DNA from: Acidobacteriota bacterium
Lineage (GTDB): Bacteria; Acidobacteriota; Vicinamibacteria; Vicinamibacterales; UBA8438
NCBI GenBank assembly: GCA_011523845.1
Contig: WTFV01000011.1
Location: forward strand, 68,871 to 132,870
DNA: 64,000 nt
Reading direction: 5' to 3'
Shown here: piece by piece, positions 35,571 to 44,755 of the stretch
Layout of the letters: every line of letters begins with the position of its first letter
How positions within the stretch are numbered: position 1 is the first letter of the stretch
Made by a program: the position numbers and the translations under genes
Notes under the pieces: model-generated
What the model was told of the DNA's origin: nothing
Databases searched by the model: none
Seen by the model: the letters and a program-made list of their open reading frames with translations, nothing else

Positions 35571-35706
35571 GGGATCGGCATCATCGCCAATGCGTTCGAT
35601 CCGGATCTGCAGTGGAATGACCTCATCGTAGCAGGCGGCCACCGCGACCGCCGGAACTCCAGCCCCTTCGCGAGGTGCATGGTGCCGACCGCGACCGATC
35701 CGGACC
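35571..35706 (-). pseudogene. Fragment of a paralogous UvrD-like helicase (C-terminal region)
   Basis: About 85 % identical to 23733-23868 in direct orientation. Encodes ...VAVGTMHLAKGLEF... and ...CYDEVIPLQIRIERIGDDAD. Confidence 0.75.
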
Positions 35707-35868
35707 CGCTCGAAGCGCTGAGGGACCGGCGCCGGGGGCAGTGGAGCATCCGATCAACGACCAGTGGCGGATCTGCGTATGGCCCGAGGGGGCTCGGGCT
35801 CATTGAGCCAAGCGTCAAGGTATATAATGCCCGATATCCGTCCGCTGGCCTTTGGGACAGCGGGGCGC

Positions 35869-36033
35869 ATGGCGGATGAACAGCTTGGAGCCCGATTCGA
35901 CGAGACTCTCGACGCGCTCCGTAACACCAACGGACGAATCGGCCGGCTCGAAGACACGGTGGACCTGCTCAAGGCCACGGGCTTGAGAACAGGGCACGCG
36001 TCCGGTGGCGACTCCGACGCGCGCGTGACATGA
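35869..36033 (+). CDS. Small hypothetical coiled-coil protein
   Basis: MADEQLGARFDETLDALRNTNGRIGRLEDTVDLLKATG. GTATATAAT lies at 35819-35828 upstream. The stop overlaps the next ATG (ATGA). Confidence 0.35.
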   Translation: MADEQLGARFDETLDALRNTNGRIGRLEDTVDLLKATGLRTGHASGGDSDARVT

Positions 36034-36542
36034 GGCCCAAGATGGAGAACAAGGAGTACGTTCTTCGAGGATTCATCAGGCTCCGTCCAAGTGGGCGCTT
36101 TGTCGGAGTCTGTCTGAGGCCCAACCTCGTTGTCGAAGCCGACTCGAGAGAGGAAGCGCTCGAAAAGTTGAAGGACCTTATCGGTGCGTATCGTGCAGAT
36201 GCGGTCAGGGATGGCGAGCTCGATCACTTCATGAAGCAACGTGCGCCGCTTGCGTTCTATCTGGAATGGTTCAGCCTGCGGATCGCGCAATTCGGCCACG
36301 AGAACTGGCGTAACATTCGGGACGTCGTTCGCAGGCTCCTGCACGAGCAGCCGAACAGTTCGGGACCCGTCCCGGACGCGGTCGGGCGGCCGTTCCGGAC
36401 GTTTACCGAAAGTCGAAACGCATCTCGCAGCATGCTTGATGCCCTTCTGTTTTTTCGGCTTCGGGATCGGCGTGATGAACGCGACTGGCCCGCGGCGAGC
36501 TCCGGCCCGGCCGGGGTGGAGATCGGCGACCACCACCGATGA
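36030..36542 (+). CDS. Hypothetical protein with HicB/UPF0150-like N-terminus; 3' end runs into gene fragments
   Basis: EYVLRGFIRLRPSGRFVGVCLRPNLVVEADSREEALEKLKDLIGAYRADAV is HicB-like by pattern only. After about 36435 the frame is antisense to a res fragment, so the native C-terminus is unknown. Confidence 0.35.
   Translation: MRPKMENKEYVLRGFIRLRPSGRFVGVCLRPNLVVEADSREEALEKLKDLIGAYRADAVRDGELDHFMKQRAPLAFYLEWFSLRIAQFGHENWRNIRDVVRRLLHEQPNSSGPVPDAVGRPFRTFTESRNASRSMLDALLFFRLRDRRDERDWPAASSGPAGVEIGDHHR
36436..36485 (-). pseudogene. Fragment of a paralogous res gene (codons about 45-60)
   Basis: Near-identical to 35268-35317. Encodes VAFITPIPKPKKQKGI. Confidence 0.7.
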
Positions 36543-36556
36543 GGAGGCACAGGCCC

Positions 36557-36705
36557 ATGCGCGAACCTATCCACCCCGGCGAGACGCTGCGCGAGGACCT
36601 CGACGCGCTCGGCATGAGCGCGGCGGAGCTTGCGCGGCGCATCGAGATACCTGTGAACCGCATTTCCCGGATTCTCAACGGCCAGCGAGCGGTTACCGGC
36701 GACCG
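36557..36705 (+). pseudogene. Truncated higA paralogue (first about 50 codons), preceded by a higB tail ...VEIGDHHR*
   Basis: MREPIHPGETLREDLDALGMSAAELARRIEIPVNRISRILNGQRAVTGD. Similarity then switches abruptly to mod. Confidence 0.75.
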
Positions 36706-36712
36706 AACTCCG

Positions 36713-36955
36713 GGCCAAAGAAGATCCCGGCGCACTTCCTCCGGGGCCGGCATCCCCCTCGCCTCCGCGGTAGCGTCCCTCCGCGCAGGTGTACTCCCCC
36801 GGCCACTGCGTGACGCCCACGAAGGCAATGCGACTCTCCTTGTGCGCCTGCTGCACGCCGGCGGTCGCCGGCTGCTCCACGACCACCGCCGCGAAGTACT
36901 GCTGCGGCCCGTAGTTGGCCCGCTCGCGGCGCGCTCGATGAGGACGCCTCGCCAT
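36713..36955 (-). pseudogene. Fragment of a paralogous mod gene
   Basis: About 80 % identical to 29862-30110 in direct orientation. Encodes ANYGPQQYFAAVVVEQPATAGVQQAHKESRIAFVGVTQWPGEYTCAEGRY, compared with ADYGPQQDFATMILEQLATAGVQQVHKEDRIAFAAVTPWPGEYICAEGRY in mod. Confidence 0.75.
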
Positions 36956-37071
36956 GTACACCCTCGCTCCGCTCGCCCTCTCCAAAGGAGCTCCGCCACC
37001 GCACCCTCGACGCCTGATGTCTGCTAGGCTGTACAGGTTCGCTCAAAACACGCCTTGATGGTAGTGCTACA

Positions 37072-38895
37072 ATGAGGATACGCCGACTTAAGCTCGCAAA
37101 CTTTCGCGCCGTCGTCGACGGTGAAGTTGTCTTTCCGGGCCACACAGTCATTATTGGCGGAAACAGTGTCGGCAAGTCGACCCTCTGCGACGCCTTGGAC
37201 CTCGTGCTCGGGCCGGACCGTCTATCCCGAACCACCGCGATAGACGAACATGACTTCCTCGAGCGCCGCTATCTCGACGCCGACGGAACTCCCATTCGCA
37301 TCGAGTTGGAAGTCGTGATAACCGATCTAACGGAGGACGTCTTCACCAAGTTTCGGACCCACCTCGAGTACTGGAACACCTCGACAAACCAACTCTTGGA
37401 CGAAATGGCCTCGCCGGAAGATGTCGACAGCGACAACGTCGTGCCCAGCCTTCGCATTAAGTTCGAAGGCGCATACGACATTGAGGAGGACGAATTCAGC
37501 GCGGAGACCTACTTCGCCAGCCCTCCGGTAGAAGACGGAGAACGCCGGGAACGGGTCTCGCGCGCGGCCAAGCGACAATTCGGGTTCATTTATCTCCGGG
37601 CGCTGCGGACCGGCGCCCGGGCGCTTAGCTTGGAACGCGGCTCCCTGCTTGATGTCATCTTGAAGCTCAAGGAAGATGATCGATCCGCTATGTGGGAACA
37701 GACGCTTGCTTCGATGGAGGACCTGGATCCCGCGATTGATGCCATTCCGCAGCTCAGAGCGATACTTGATCAAATCGACCGCCGCGTTCGACGCTTCGTT
37801 GGTTTGTCCGCTGACGACCGCACATTTCGTCTCTATCCGTCGGCGCTGACGCGAGAAAGCCTCCGCCGGTCAATTACCCTCTTTGGCTCTTCCGAGCGCT
37901 CGAATACACCGGTGCCGTATTGGCGGCTCGGGTCAGGCGTTATCAATTCCATGGTGTTCTCCTTGCTGACCTTCATTGCCGAACTCAAGTCGAACGTGAT
38001 CTTCGCCATGGAAGAACCCGAGATCGCGATTCCGCCACACACCCAGCGCCGCATCGTTCAGTTCCTTCAGGGAAGAATGGACCAGTCGATCCTCACGACG
38101 CACTCCCCGTTTGTTCTGGAGCAGTACGCTCCGGCCGACGTCGTCCTTCTCGAAAGGGCAGATGACGGCGTCGTCTCCGGTCGCCGGATTGAGGTAACTG
38201 GAATTAAGGCCAAGACCTACAAAGGTAATCTTCGTCGAGTGTTAGCGGAGGCCATGCTCGGTAATGCTGTGATCTGCGTTGAAGGGATCTCCGATGCCGA
38301 AGTGGTCCACACCGCGTCGGCCGTTCTCGAGAAAAGTACGCAGGAAGGAACCTACACGCCGCTCGACCTATCCGGCGTTACGGTTGTGCACTGTGAGGGA
38401 GACGGTGCGTTGTTGCCCTACGGCCAGTTTTTTTCGGGCATCGGTCTCAAAACCTATGCTTTCTATGATAGACAGAAAAACGCTGCCATCCGCGACCAGA
38501 TCGAAGACGCTTTCGATTCAGTGTGGGGCCTCGAACAGACGGGGATCGAGTATCTGCTTGCGGAAGAAGTTTCTATCGATGTCATCCGCAACTTCCTGTC
38601 AACGGCATCCGGATGGGACAACTATCCGCATAATGCAATGACGCCCGGATTGTACACGTACGAGCCGGACGCTGACGACGACGCGGTTCGTGAGCTTTGT
38701 AAACGCGTTCTCAAGAGGAGGAAAGGGTCCGGCTACGCGCAGGCCTTGGTCGAGCTTTGTTCCAATGACGACCTGCCGGGAATTGTTGTGGAGGGTTTGG
38801 AGCGCATCAGCGAGGACATGCCGAGCGAACTCTCGACCGTCGTTGAGGACGGCAGTCACGAGGTCGACGACGAGCTGACCGCTCCCGTGAGTTGA
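37072..38895 (+). CDS. gajA: OLD-family ATPase/Toprim nuclease (GajA-like)
   Basis: 607 aa. MRIRRLKLANFRA, Walker A GGNSVGKST, FAMEEPEIAIPPHTQR, and a C-terminal Toprim-like AVICVEGISDAEV ... VVHCEGDG. Confidence 0.85.
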   Translation: MRIRRLKLANFRAVVDGEVVFPGHTVIIGGNSVGKSTLCDALDLVLGPDRLSRTTAIDEHDFLERRYLDADGTPIRIELEVVITDLTEDVFTKFRTHLEYWNTSTNQLLDEMASPEDVDSDNVVPSLRIKFEGAYDIEEDEFSAETYFASPPVEDGERRERVSRAAKRQFGFIYLRALRTGARALSLERGSLLDVILKLKEDDRSAMWEQTLASMEDLDPAIDAIPQLRAILDQIDRRVRRFVGLSADDRTFRLYPSALTRESLRRSITLFGSSERSNTPVPYWRLGSGVINSMVFSLLTFIAELKSNVIFAMEEPEIAIPPHTQRRIVQFLQGRMDQSILTTHSPFVLEQYAPADVVLLERADDGVVSGRRIEVTGIKAKTYKGNLRRVLAEAMLGNAVICVEGISDAEVVHTASAVLEKSTQEGTYTPLDLSGVTVVHCEGDGALLPYGQFFSGIGLKTYAFYDRQKNAAIRDQIEDAFDSVWGLEQTGIEYLLAEEVSIDVIRNFLSTASGWDNYPHNAMTPGLYTYEPDADDDAVRELCKRVLKRRKGSGYAQALVELCSNDDLPGIVVEGLERISEDMPSELSTVVEDGSHEVDDELTAPVS

Positions 38896-38897
38896 AC

Positions 38898-40637
38898 ATG
38901 CCCAGCCCAGAGGACCACTTCGAAATCTGCGAACAACGGCGTGCCATTCTGGAAGGCGCCGGCCATATGCTGATACTCGGCGGCCCGGGGTCGGGAAAGA
39001 CCACAATTGCGCTTCTGAAGGCCCGCCGTGCCGTTCTTGCAAGCCTTCAGCCGGAGCAGTCCGTGCTCTTTCTCAGCTTCTCCAATTCCGCGATTAGGCG
39101 GATCCTGGAGAGCACCGGAGATATTCTGACCACGAGAATCGCGCGCAATGTGGAAATCAAGACCTACCATTCTTTTGCCTGGGGCATTCTAAGGTCTCAT
39201 GGCTACCTCCTGTCATCACAACGACAACTAGCGATTGTCGCGGCGCAAGATGCGGCGGTTATCCGTGCTGGATTGAAGGACGAAGAATGGGCTACAGAAG
39301 AAGATCGTCTTTTTTTGGCAGACGGACGCTTGACATATGACCAGTTTGCGCCCCGCGCAGCGGACCTTCTTGAACGATCCGGCGTGATTCGTAGACGCTT
39401 CGGTCATGCTTATCCTTTGATCCTCGTGGACGAATTTCAGGACACGGACGAGGATCAGTGGCGCCTAATTCGGACGCTATCGCACGACTCTGACGTCATT
39501 GCTCTAGGAGATACCGAGCAGCGCATCTACGCGTGGCGTAAGGGAGTGAGCACAACTCGGCTTCAGGACTTCGCTGAGACTTTGGGCGCAACGGTATTTG
39601 ATTTTCGAAATGAGAACAATCGAAGCCCGGCCACCGGCATTGCCGGATACGCGCGCAGCCTATTGTCGCCAGATGTGCAGCTAGAGCCTCCCGACGACAT
39701 CGAGTTTCGGCACTTTCGGGCCGGGATGTTCGCAGTTGGATTGCGCTTTGCCTTGAACAATACATGGAAGCAAGCGGTCAAGCGGACCAGCCGCAGCGAC
39801 CCGTCGGTTGTCGTGGCGGCGCGAAGTCGCACAATGGTCCGCTTGATTTCGGATACGTTGGCGCGGAAGCTGACAGTGAACGGAAAGGAGCATCGCCCGA
39901 TCAGGCACGACGTCATGTTTGACCAGATGCAGATAACCCTTGCGGCGAGGGTCATTGCGTTCGTCATGGCATCACAAACTGCTCCACCGCACGAAAGGCT
40001 CGCAAACGCCTTGGACAGGATCAGTGCGGTGTACCGATGTTCAGGAACAAAGACCGGGATCAAGACATCGGATCGATTGTTGCGCTGGGCCGAAGGTTGC
40101 CGCAACGAGAAGGTGCCAAACACAAAGTGCGTGAGGGCCCTGACTGCGGTATTCGAGAAGGTGAATGCAAGCGGTTTCGTTGGCTCGCCGACAGCGGATT
40201 GGCTCACCGTTCGGCGAGCTCTTGAAGGCGCCGATGCGGAGGAGCTCCAACGCGCCGGTGACCATGCCCGATATCTGCGCCTGCTACGCCGTGGCTCGGC
40301 CATTGAGGCACAACTTGGTGACCTGTGGAAACAATGGGGCAATTACGGGGGTGCCGAGGCCGCTTTGAACCGGGCGATCGTTCAGGATCAACTTATGGAC
40401 AATCACCGGGAGGCATTCAGCATCAGCGTCATGACCATGCATCAGCTCAAGGCGCGAGAATATGACGCTGTTCTTCTCGTCGAAGACCAGCATCGGACCT
40501 TTCGCGGGAGAGACAACGAGGCACCCTTCATGGAAACGCGACGCCTATTGCAGGTTTCCCTGACGCGGGCGCGTCACTTTGCGTGCATTCTAGCGGAACG
40601 GAGAAGCGCCACATTGAATGTCATTTTCCAAAGTTGA
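38898..40637 (+). CDS. gajB: UvrD-like helicase (GajB-like)
   Basis: Walker A GGPGSGKTT, LILVDEFQDT, VMTMHQLKAREYD, VSLTRAR. The ATG at 38898 is 3 nt after the gajA stop (the track uses TTG 38892). Confidence 0.85.
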   Translation: MPSPEDHFEICEQRRAILEGAGHMLILGGPGSGKTTIALLKARRAVLASLQPEQSVLFLSFSNSAIRRILESTGDILTTRIARNVEIKTYHSFAWGILRSHGYLLSSQRQLAIVAAQDAAVIRAGLKDEEWATEEDRLFLADGRLTYDQFAPRAADLLERSGVIRRRFGHAYPLILVDEFQDTDEDQWRLIRTLSHDSDVIALGDTEQRIYAWRKGVSTTRLQDFAETLGATVFDFRNENNRSPATGIAGYARSLLSPDVQLEPPDDIEFRHFRAGMFAVGLRFALNNTWKQAVKRTSRSDPSVVVAARSRTMVRLISDTLARKLTVNGKEHRPIRHDVMFDQMQITLAARVIAFVMASQTAPPHERLANALDRISAVYRCSGTKTGIKTSDRLLRWAEGCRNEKVPNTKCVRALTAVFEKVNASGFVGSPTADWLTVRRALEGADAEELQRAGDHARYLRLLRRGSAIEAQLGDLWKQWGNYGGAEAALNRAIVQDQLMDNHREAFSISVMTMHQLKAREYDAVLLVEDQHRTFRGRDNEAPFMETRRLLQVSLTRARHFACILAERRSATLNVIFQS

Positions 40638-40855
40638 GACTGTGTCTCAGCCTAATAGACGAGACTAACCTGCACTATTCTTGGGGCCTCGAGAATCGGC
40701 GACATGAAGCGTGCAGGGTTCCTCCAGAGAGCGCATTCCGAGGCGGCCTGATTGGCGATAGTACTGCTCTTCGCACTCGGTCGGAGGGACGTACCGATCC
40801 AGGGTGAGGAGTCGCCCGTTTTGAACGAAAGGAATCACTTTGCCGGCTCCATTTG

Positions 40856-41167
40856 CTAGCGCCAAGCGTTTCGCAGCGGCTCGTAGAGTTCCGGAAACGC
40901 CGCCTCGCAGCGGATGGCGTCGAGCAACGGCTGCCATGCCCAGGGGCCGCCGTCGTAGTGCCTGCGCCACCACTCGGCGGCGTAGACGGCGAAGACCCGA
41001 CCGCCCGCGCCGGGGTCACGCTGGGGTCTCCACCCGGTGAGCGCGTTACGCGCCTCCTCGAAGCGCTCGGTGGAACACCGGTACGCATAAAGGGGCCGCC
41101 CGTCGGGAACGGAGAGTCCCGCAGACCCCAACAGACTGGACAACCACGCAGTGGACGTGACAGGCAT
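40856..41167 (-). pseudogene. N-terminal fragment (103 aa) of a probably much larger defence-island protein
   Basis: Good SD (GGGGAGGAGC then ATG). MPVTSTAWLSSLLGSAGL...GRPLYAYRCSTERFEEA...FAVYAAEWWRRHYDGGPWAWQPLLDAI recalls the N-terminus of STY4851/ECs_5259-type large proteins (memory only). It ends at a stop with protein-like sequence continuing in another frame. Confidence 0.35.
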
Positions 41168-41494
41168 GCTCCTCCCCAGAACCGCAGGCCGGGCCGCGGC
41201 CAATCATCCGGTCCGACGTGCTATTCGGACCTCGCTACGGGTACTACGCTGGACCCGCCTGGACGCCAGAGATGTCGCTGTAGAGGCTCCAAGTTTCGCT
41301 CTCGGCGCGGAGCATATCAGGTACGGCATGTTCCCCGGGGCTCGGGGGCTCCTCTGTCGAATCACGTGGAACCTGACCGTTCTCCGTGGCAAGCCGATCA
41401 CGAAAAACGCCGGCACGCCGTCCAGCATCAGCGCCCCGGACGCCGCATCTGGTCGGGGGGTCTGGAGGTCCGGTATAGTACAGTGATGGGATAA

Positions 41495-41740
41495 CCTCTA
41501 TCAGGGAGGGTACAGACGCCGCGCAAGAGTCAACATGTCGTTCCCAGAGACGGCAAGTGGGCTGTGCGTAGAACTGGCGCTGTTCGCGTCTCGCGGAAGT
41601 TCGACACGCAGCGTGAGGCCATCGAGGCTGCGCGTGACATCGCTCGAAGGCAGGGAACCGATTTGTACATCTACGGGCAGGATGGTCGAATTCGCGAACG
41701 CAACTCTTATGGCAAGGATTCGTTTCCACCGAAGGGATAG
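41495..41740 (+). pseudogene. DUF2188-like small protein lacking a canonical start codon
   Basis: Hand translation: ...RKSQHVVPRDGKWAVRRTGAVRVSRKFDTQREAIEAARDIARRQGTDLYIYGQDGRIRERNSYGKDSFPPKG*. The frame opens after a TAA at 41492. The first in-frame start-type codon is GTG at 41564, inside the conserved core. Confidence 0.5.
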
Positions 41741-42008
41741 ACGTCGAGTTGATGAGCTCCGAATTCGACAGAAACGTATTCCTGAATTGCCCGCTCGACA
41801 AGGAAATACGAACCTATCCTTCAGGCCGTTCTGTTCGATCTCATCAAGTCGTCTCGGTACTCAATCCATGACCTCAGCAGATGTCAAGCCCGCAAGGCTG
41901 GGAAATGTTATAGACTCAACATGCCCTGTCGCTACCAGGCGGCGATCTCGGACTTGGCGGGAAGTGACATAGAAGCACATCGCGGCAATTGTTGCGACGA
42001 GGATTCGA

Positions 42009-42749
42009 ATGGCCTACAGCGACTACGTGATCTTCGTCGACGAGAGCGGTGACCATAGTCTCACATCGATAGACCATGACTACCCGATCTTCGTCCTGGA
42101 GTTCTGCATACTGCGCACTGATCACTACATACAAGGCATCCTCCCCAAGGTTCATGCATTCAAGTTCGAGCATTTCGGACACGATCTCGTCGTGCTGCAC
42201 GAACATGAGATCCGAAAGCAGAAGAGACCTTTCGGTTTTCTCAAGAACCAGCAACGACGTCAAGGCTTCTTTGACGGGCTGAATCGACTAATCCAGGACG
42301 CGGATTTCACGATAATAGCGACTGTGATTCAAAAGCACAGGCTGGCGCAGGCCTACCGATACCCCGCTAATCCGTACGAGTTGGCGCTCCAATTCTGCAT
42401 GGAGCGGGCCTACGGTCTGCTGGAGGCAGAGGAGCAGCATATGGCCAAGACTCATCTCATTGTAGAGAAGCGTGGCAAACGGGAGGACGACCAGCTTGAA
42501 CTCGCTTTTCGGCGAATTCGTGACGGCGAGAACTACCGGGAACTGGCGATGCCAGGCTTTGAGATCTTCTTCGCTGACAAGCGGTCGAACTCGGCTGGAT
42601 TGCAGTTGGCAGACTTGACCGTGCGGCCGATAGGTGCACACGTCTTGAACCGGACACAACCGAATCGGGCTTGGGACATCATCCAAACGAAGCTATACAG
42701 CCGAAACGGACGTACTGACGGATGGGGACTGAATGTCTTCCCGCGCTGA
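42009..42749 (+). CDS. DUF3800 domain protein
   Basis: 246 aa at about 50 % GC. YVIFVDESGDHS at the N-terminus and ...SAGLQLADL... later, typical of DUF3800 as I remember it. Confidence 0.75.
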   Translation: MAYSDYVIFVDESGDHSLTSIDHDYPIFVLEFCILRTDHYIQGILPKVHAFKFEHFGHDLVVLHEHEIRKQKRPFGFLKNQQRRQGFFDGLNRLIQDADFTIIATVIQKHRLAQAYRYPANPYELALQFCMERAYGLLEAEEQHMAKTHLIVEKRGKREDDQLELAFRRIRDGENYRELAMPGFEIFFADKRSNSAGLQLADLTVRPIGAHVLNRTQPNRAWDIIQTKLYSRNGRTDGWGLNVFPR

Positions 42750-42956
42750 GAAACGAAAGGCCCCGGGAAAAACCGAGGCCAATCGCCGACCGGGTACAAC
42801 CCCCAATCCAGCTATCAATACAGCACATGTGCCGATTCGCTGTCAAGTGTTGCGTCAGTGCAAACTGCCACAACACGGACTTGGCCACACAATCCACGTC
42901 GCGGATGGGAGTCCGGCGGGGGGACCTGCTGCCGGCGCGCGCACGACTCCCGGTCA

Positions 42957-44549
42957 TCACTTGAGGGAGCGGCAAGCGTCCAACCATCCCTGGCGACAGG
43001 CCCGAGCGTCCAGCGCCGCCGGCTCTCGGTGCGTGATCTCCCCCTTGCTGCCGCGGAGCACTATCGGATAGTCCTCGACAGTCGGCGGCGCACGCTCGAA
43101 CGAACCGATCCCGCCTCCGTCGAACATCGCCCGATAGTTCCCGCACGCCACCTCGAAGCCGAGCTCACACCCACGCTGAAACGCGAACAACGCCTCGATC
43201 TGCCCATCACCTTCGCGATCCTCCCCAACCCCTCCAGTCCCTGAGAGCGTCGCCTGCAGCACCCCCGCCTCGTTGCACGCCCAGCCCGAACCCATATTGC
43301 AGAGCCCGGACTGCTTCGCGACGAGGAAGCTGCACGCGTGGGGTCGCCCTTCCTCGCACGCCTGCTGCCAGAACGGCACCCACTGCCCGGGATGCCGGTC
43401 GCCGACGCCTCCGGCCGCGCTGATCGCCGTAAACACGACGGCCCACACCCCGATGTACGCCAAGTACCGCCGCCGCGGCGCCAGCGCGCGTCCGAGAGCC
43501 GCCGGATCGAACCGCTGCAGCACATCCGACCGCGCCGCCCGGTCGATCACGATCACCGACAGGTTGAGCAACGGCACCTGCAGCAGCTTGTCGTAGAACG
43601 TCGGCGCCCCGACCCGGCCCAGCACCACGTACAGCACGACCGTGCTCAACCCGTAGAGCACCCCGAACGCAATGCGCCCCAGCTCCGTGCGCGGCGAGGT
43701 CGACGGATCCGTGAACAGCAGGTGCATCCCCAAGAAGACGGCGATCGGGATGTACGAGTCGTAGAAGAAGTAGACGCCGGTCACCGCGAAGTAGAGCAGG
43801 CCGAAGAGATACGTCGAGACCACCGCGGCCATGGTCATCGTCGTCACGCCGAAGAGGTACTGGCCGGGCAGCGCGATCAGGAAGATCCACAGGTACATCT
43901 GCGGCGGATAGAACTGCGAGATGGCGATGTCCTGCGCCCGCGTGACGTCGCTCATCCCGGTGACGATGAGCGCCAGCGCGAAGACGGCGAGCGGGAACGA
44001 CGCGGGGTTGAAGATGTGGACGAGGCGGCCGTCCCGCTCCCAGCGGATCAGCTCCTTGGCCGCGAAGCCGATCGCCACCAGCAGGAACTGGAAGTGGAAC
44101 CAGTCGTCGGTGAACCAGAGGAACAGGTTGATGCTGAAGATGACGGGGACGGGGCCGAAGCCGAGCCGGTGCGCGTCGCGCCGCGACCAGCCGAGCAGCA
44201 GGTCGAACCCGTAGGCGAAGACGAGCTGGCCGGCGATGAGCGGGACGGCGTCGTAGACGGGGGCCCAGTGCCAGCCCCAGTAGAGGAGGACCGACGCCTG
44301 CGCGCAGGCCTGTACGTAGTGCTGCGCGCGCGGGGCGATCTCCAGCGTCCGGCGGCGGCCGCCGCGCTGCGACGTAACGAGCAGGACGACGTTCCAGGCG
44401 CCGAGCGCGAGCGCGGCGCCGAGGAACGCGCGGAAGAGCGTGGGGTTGTCGTGGACGCGGTCGACGAGAAGGAACGTCGCCAGGGCGAGCGCGGGAACCA
44501 GCGCCGCCGCGAAGGCGCCGGCCGGCGAGAGGGCGATTGCGCGTCCCAC
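42957..44549 (-). CDS. Polytopic membrane protein with Cys-rich C-terminal domain
   Basis: 530 aa with at least 10 hydrophobic segments. LLFTDPSTSPRT is an NqrB/RnfD-like motif. The C-terminal roughly 130 aa have paired Cys (ACEEGRPHAC, GLCNMGSGWAC, GCELGFEVAC). Confidence 0.7.
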   Translation of the reverse strand: MGRAIALSPAGAFAAALVPALALATFLLVDRVHDNPTLFRAFLGAALALGAWNVVLLVTSQRGGRRRTLEIAPRAQHYVQACAQASVLLYWGWHWAPVYDAVPLIAGQLVFAYGFDLLLGWSRRDAHRLGFGPVPVIFSINLFLWFTDDWFHFQFLLVAIGFAAKELIRWERDGRLVHIFNPASFPLAVFALALIVTGMSDVTRAQDIAISQFYPPQMYLWIFLIALPGQYLFGVTTMTMAAVVSTYLFGLLYFAVTGVYFFYDSYIPIAVFLGMHLLFTDPSTSPRTELGRIAFGVLYGLSTVVLYVVLGRVGAPTFYDKLLQVPLLNLSVIVIDRAARSDVLQRFDPAALGRALAPRRRYLAYIGVWAVVFTAISAAGGVGDRHPGQWVPFWQQACEEGRPHACSFLVAKQSGLCNMGSGWACNEAGVLQATLSGTGGVGEDREGDGQIEALFAFQRGCELGFEVACGNYRAMFDGGGIGSFERAPPTVEDYPIVLRGSKGEITHREPAALDARACRQGWLDACRSLK

Positions 44550-44592
44550 GACGAACAGTCTCCCCTCCCGTCAGCCGTTGCCGCAACCCGCG

Positions 44593-44686
44593 CTATGCGT
44601 CTGCGCCGTAGAACGGCACAGACGCATAGTCAGGCCCGGTTGGGGCGCCAAGCGGAGCCGCAGGCGACGATTGTCGGGCTACCGGC
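44593..44686. repeat. REP-like element (hairpin A + module C)
   Basis: CTATGCGTCTGCGCCGTAGAACGGCACAGACGCATAG, then GGGGCGCCAAGCGGAGCCGCAGGCGACGATTGTCGGGCTAC. This is the inverse orientation of 6630-6709. Confidence 0.75.
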
Positions 44687-44755
44687 CGGGCTGGTCCGGC
44701 CGCGCACCGCCCGCGGGTCGACCGGCGCCGGCCGGCACGCCGCCCTGACCGCGGC

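Noticed and set aside
29070-35631. ORFs 29070..30977(+), 31338..32300(+), 32359..35631(+), 29227..30471(-)
   Set aside because: Antisense or off-frame to mod and res, whose helicase and methylase motifs fix the true frames.
42750-42956. tRNA or tRNA fragment as island attachment site at the right boundary
   Set aside because: GGATGGGAGTCCGGCGGGGGG is only vaguely T-arm-like. There is no GTTCGAATC-type T-loop, no acceptor-stem complement and no CCA context that I could fold by eye.
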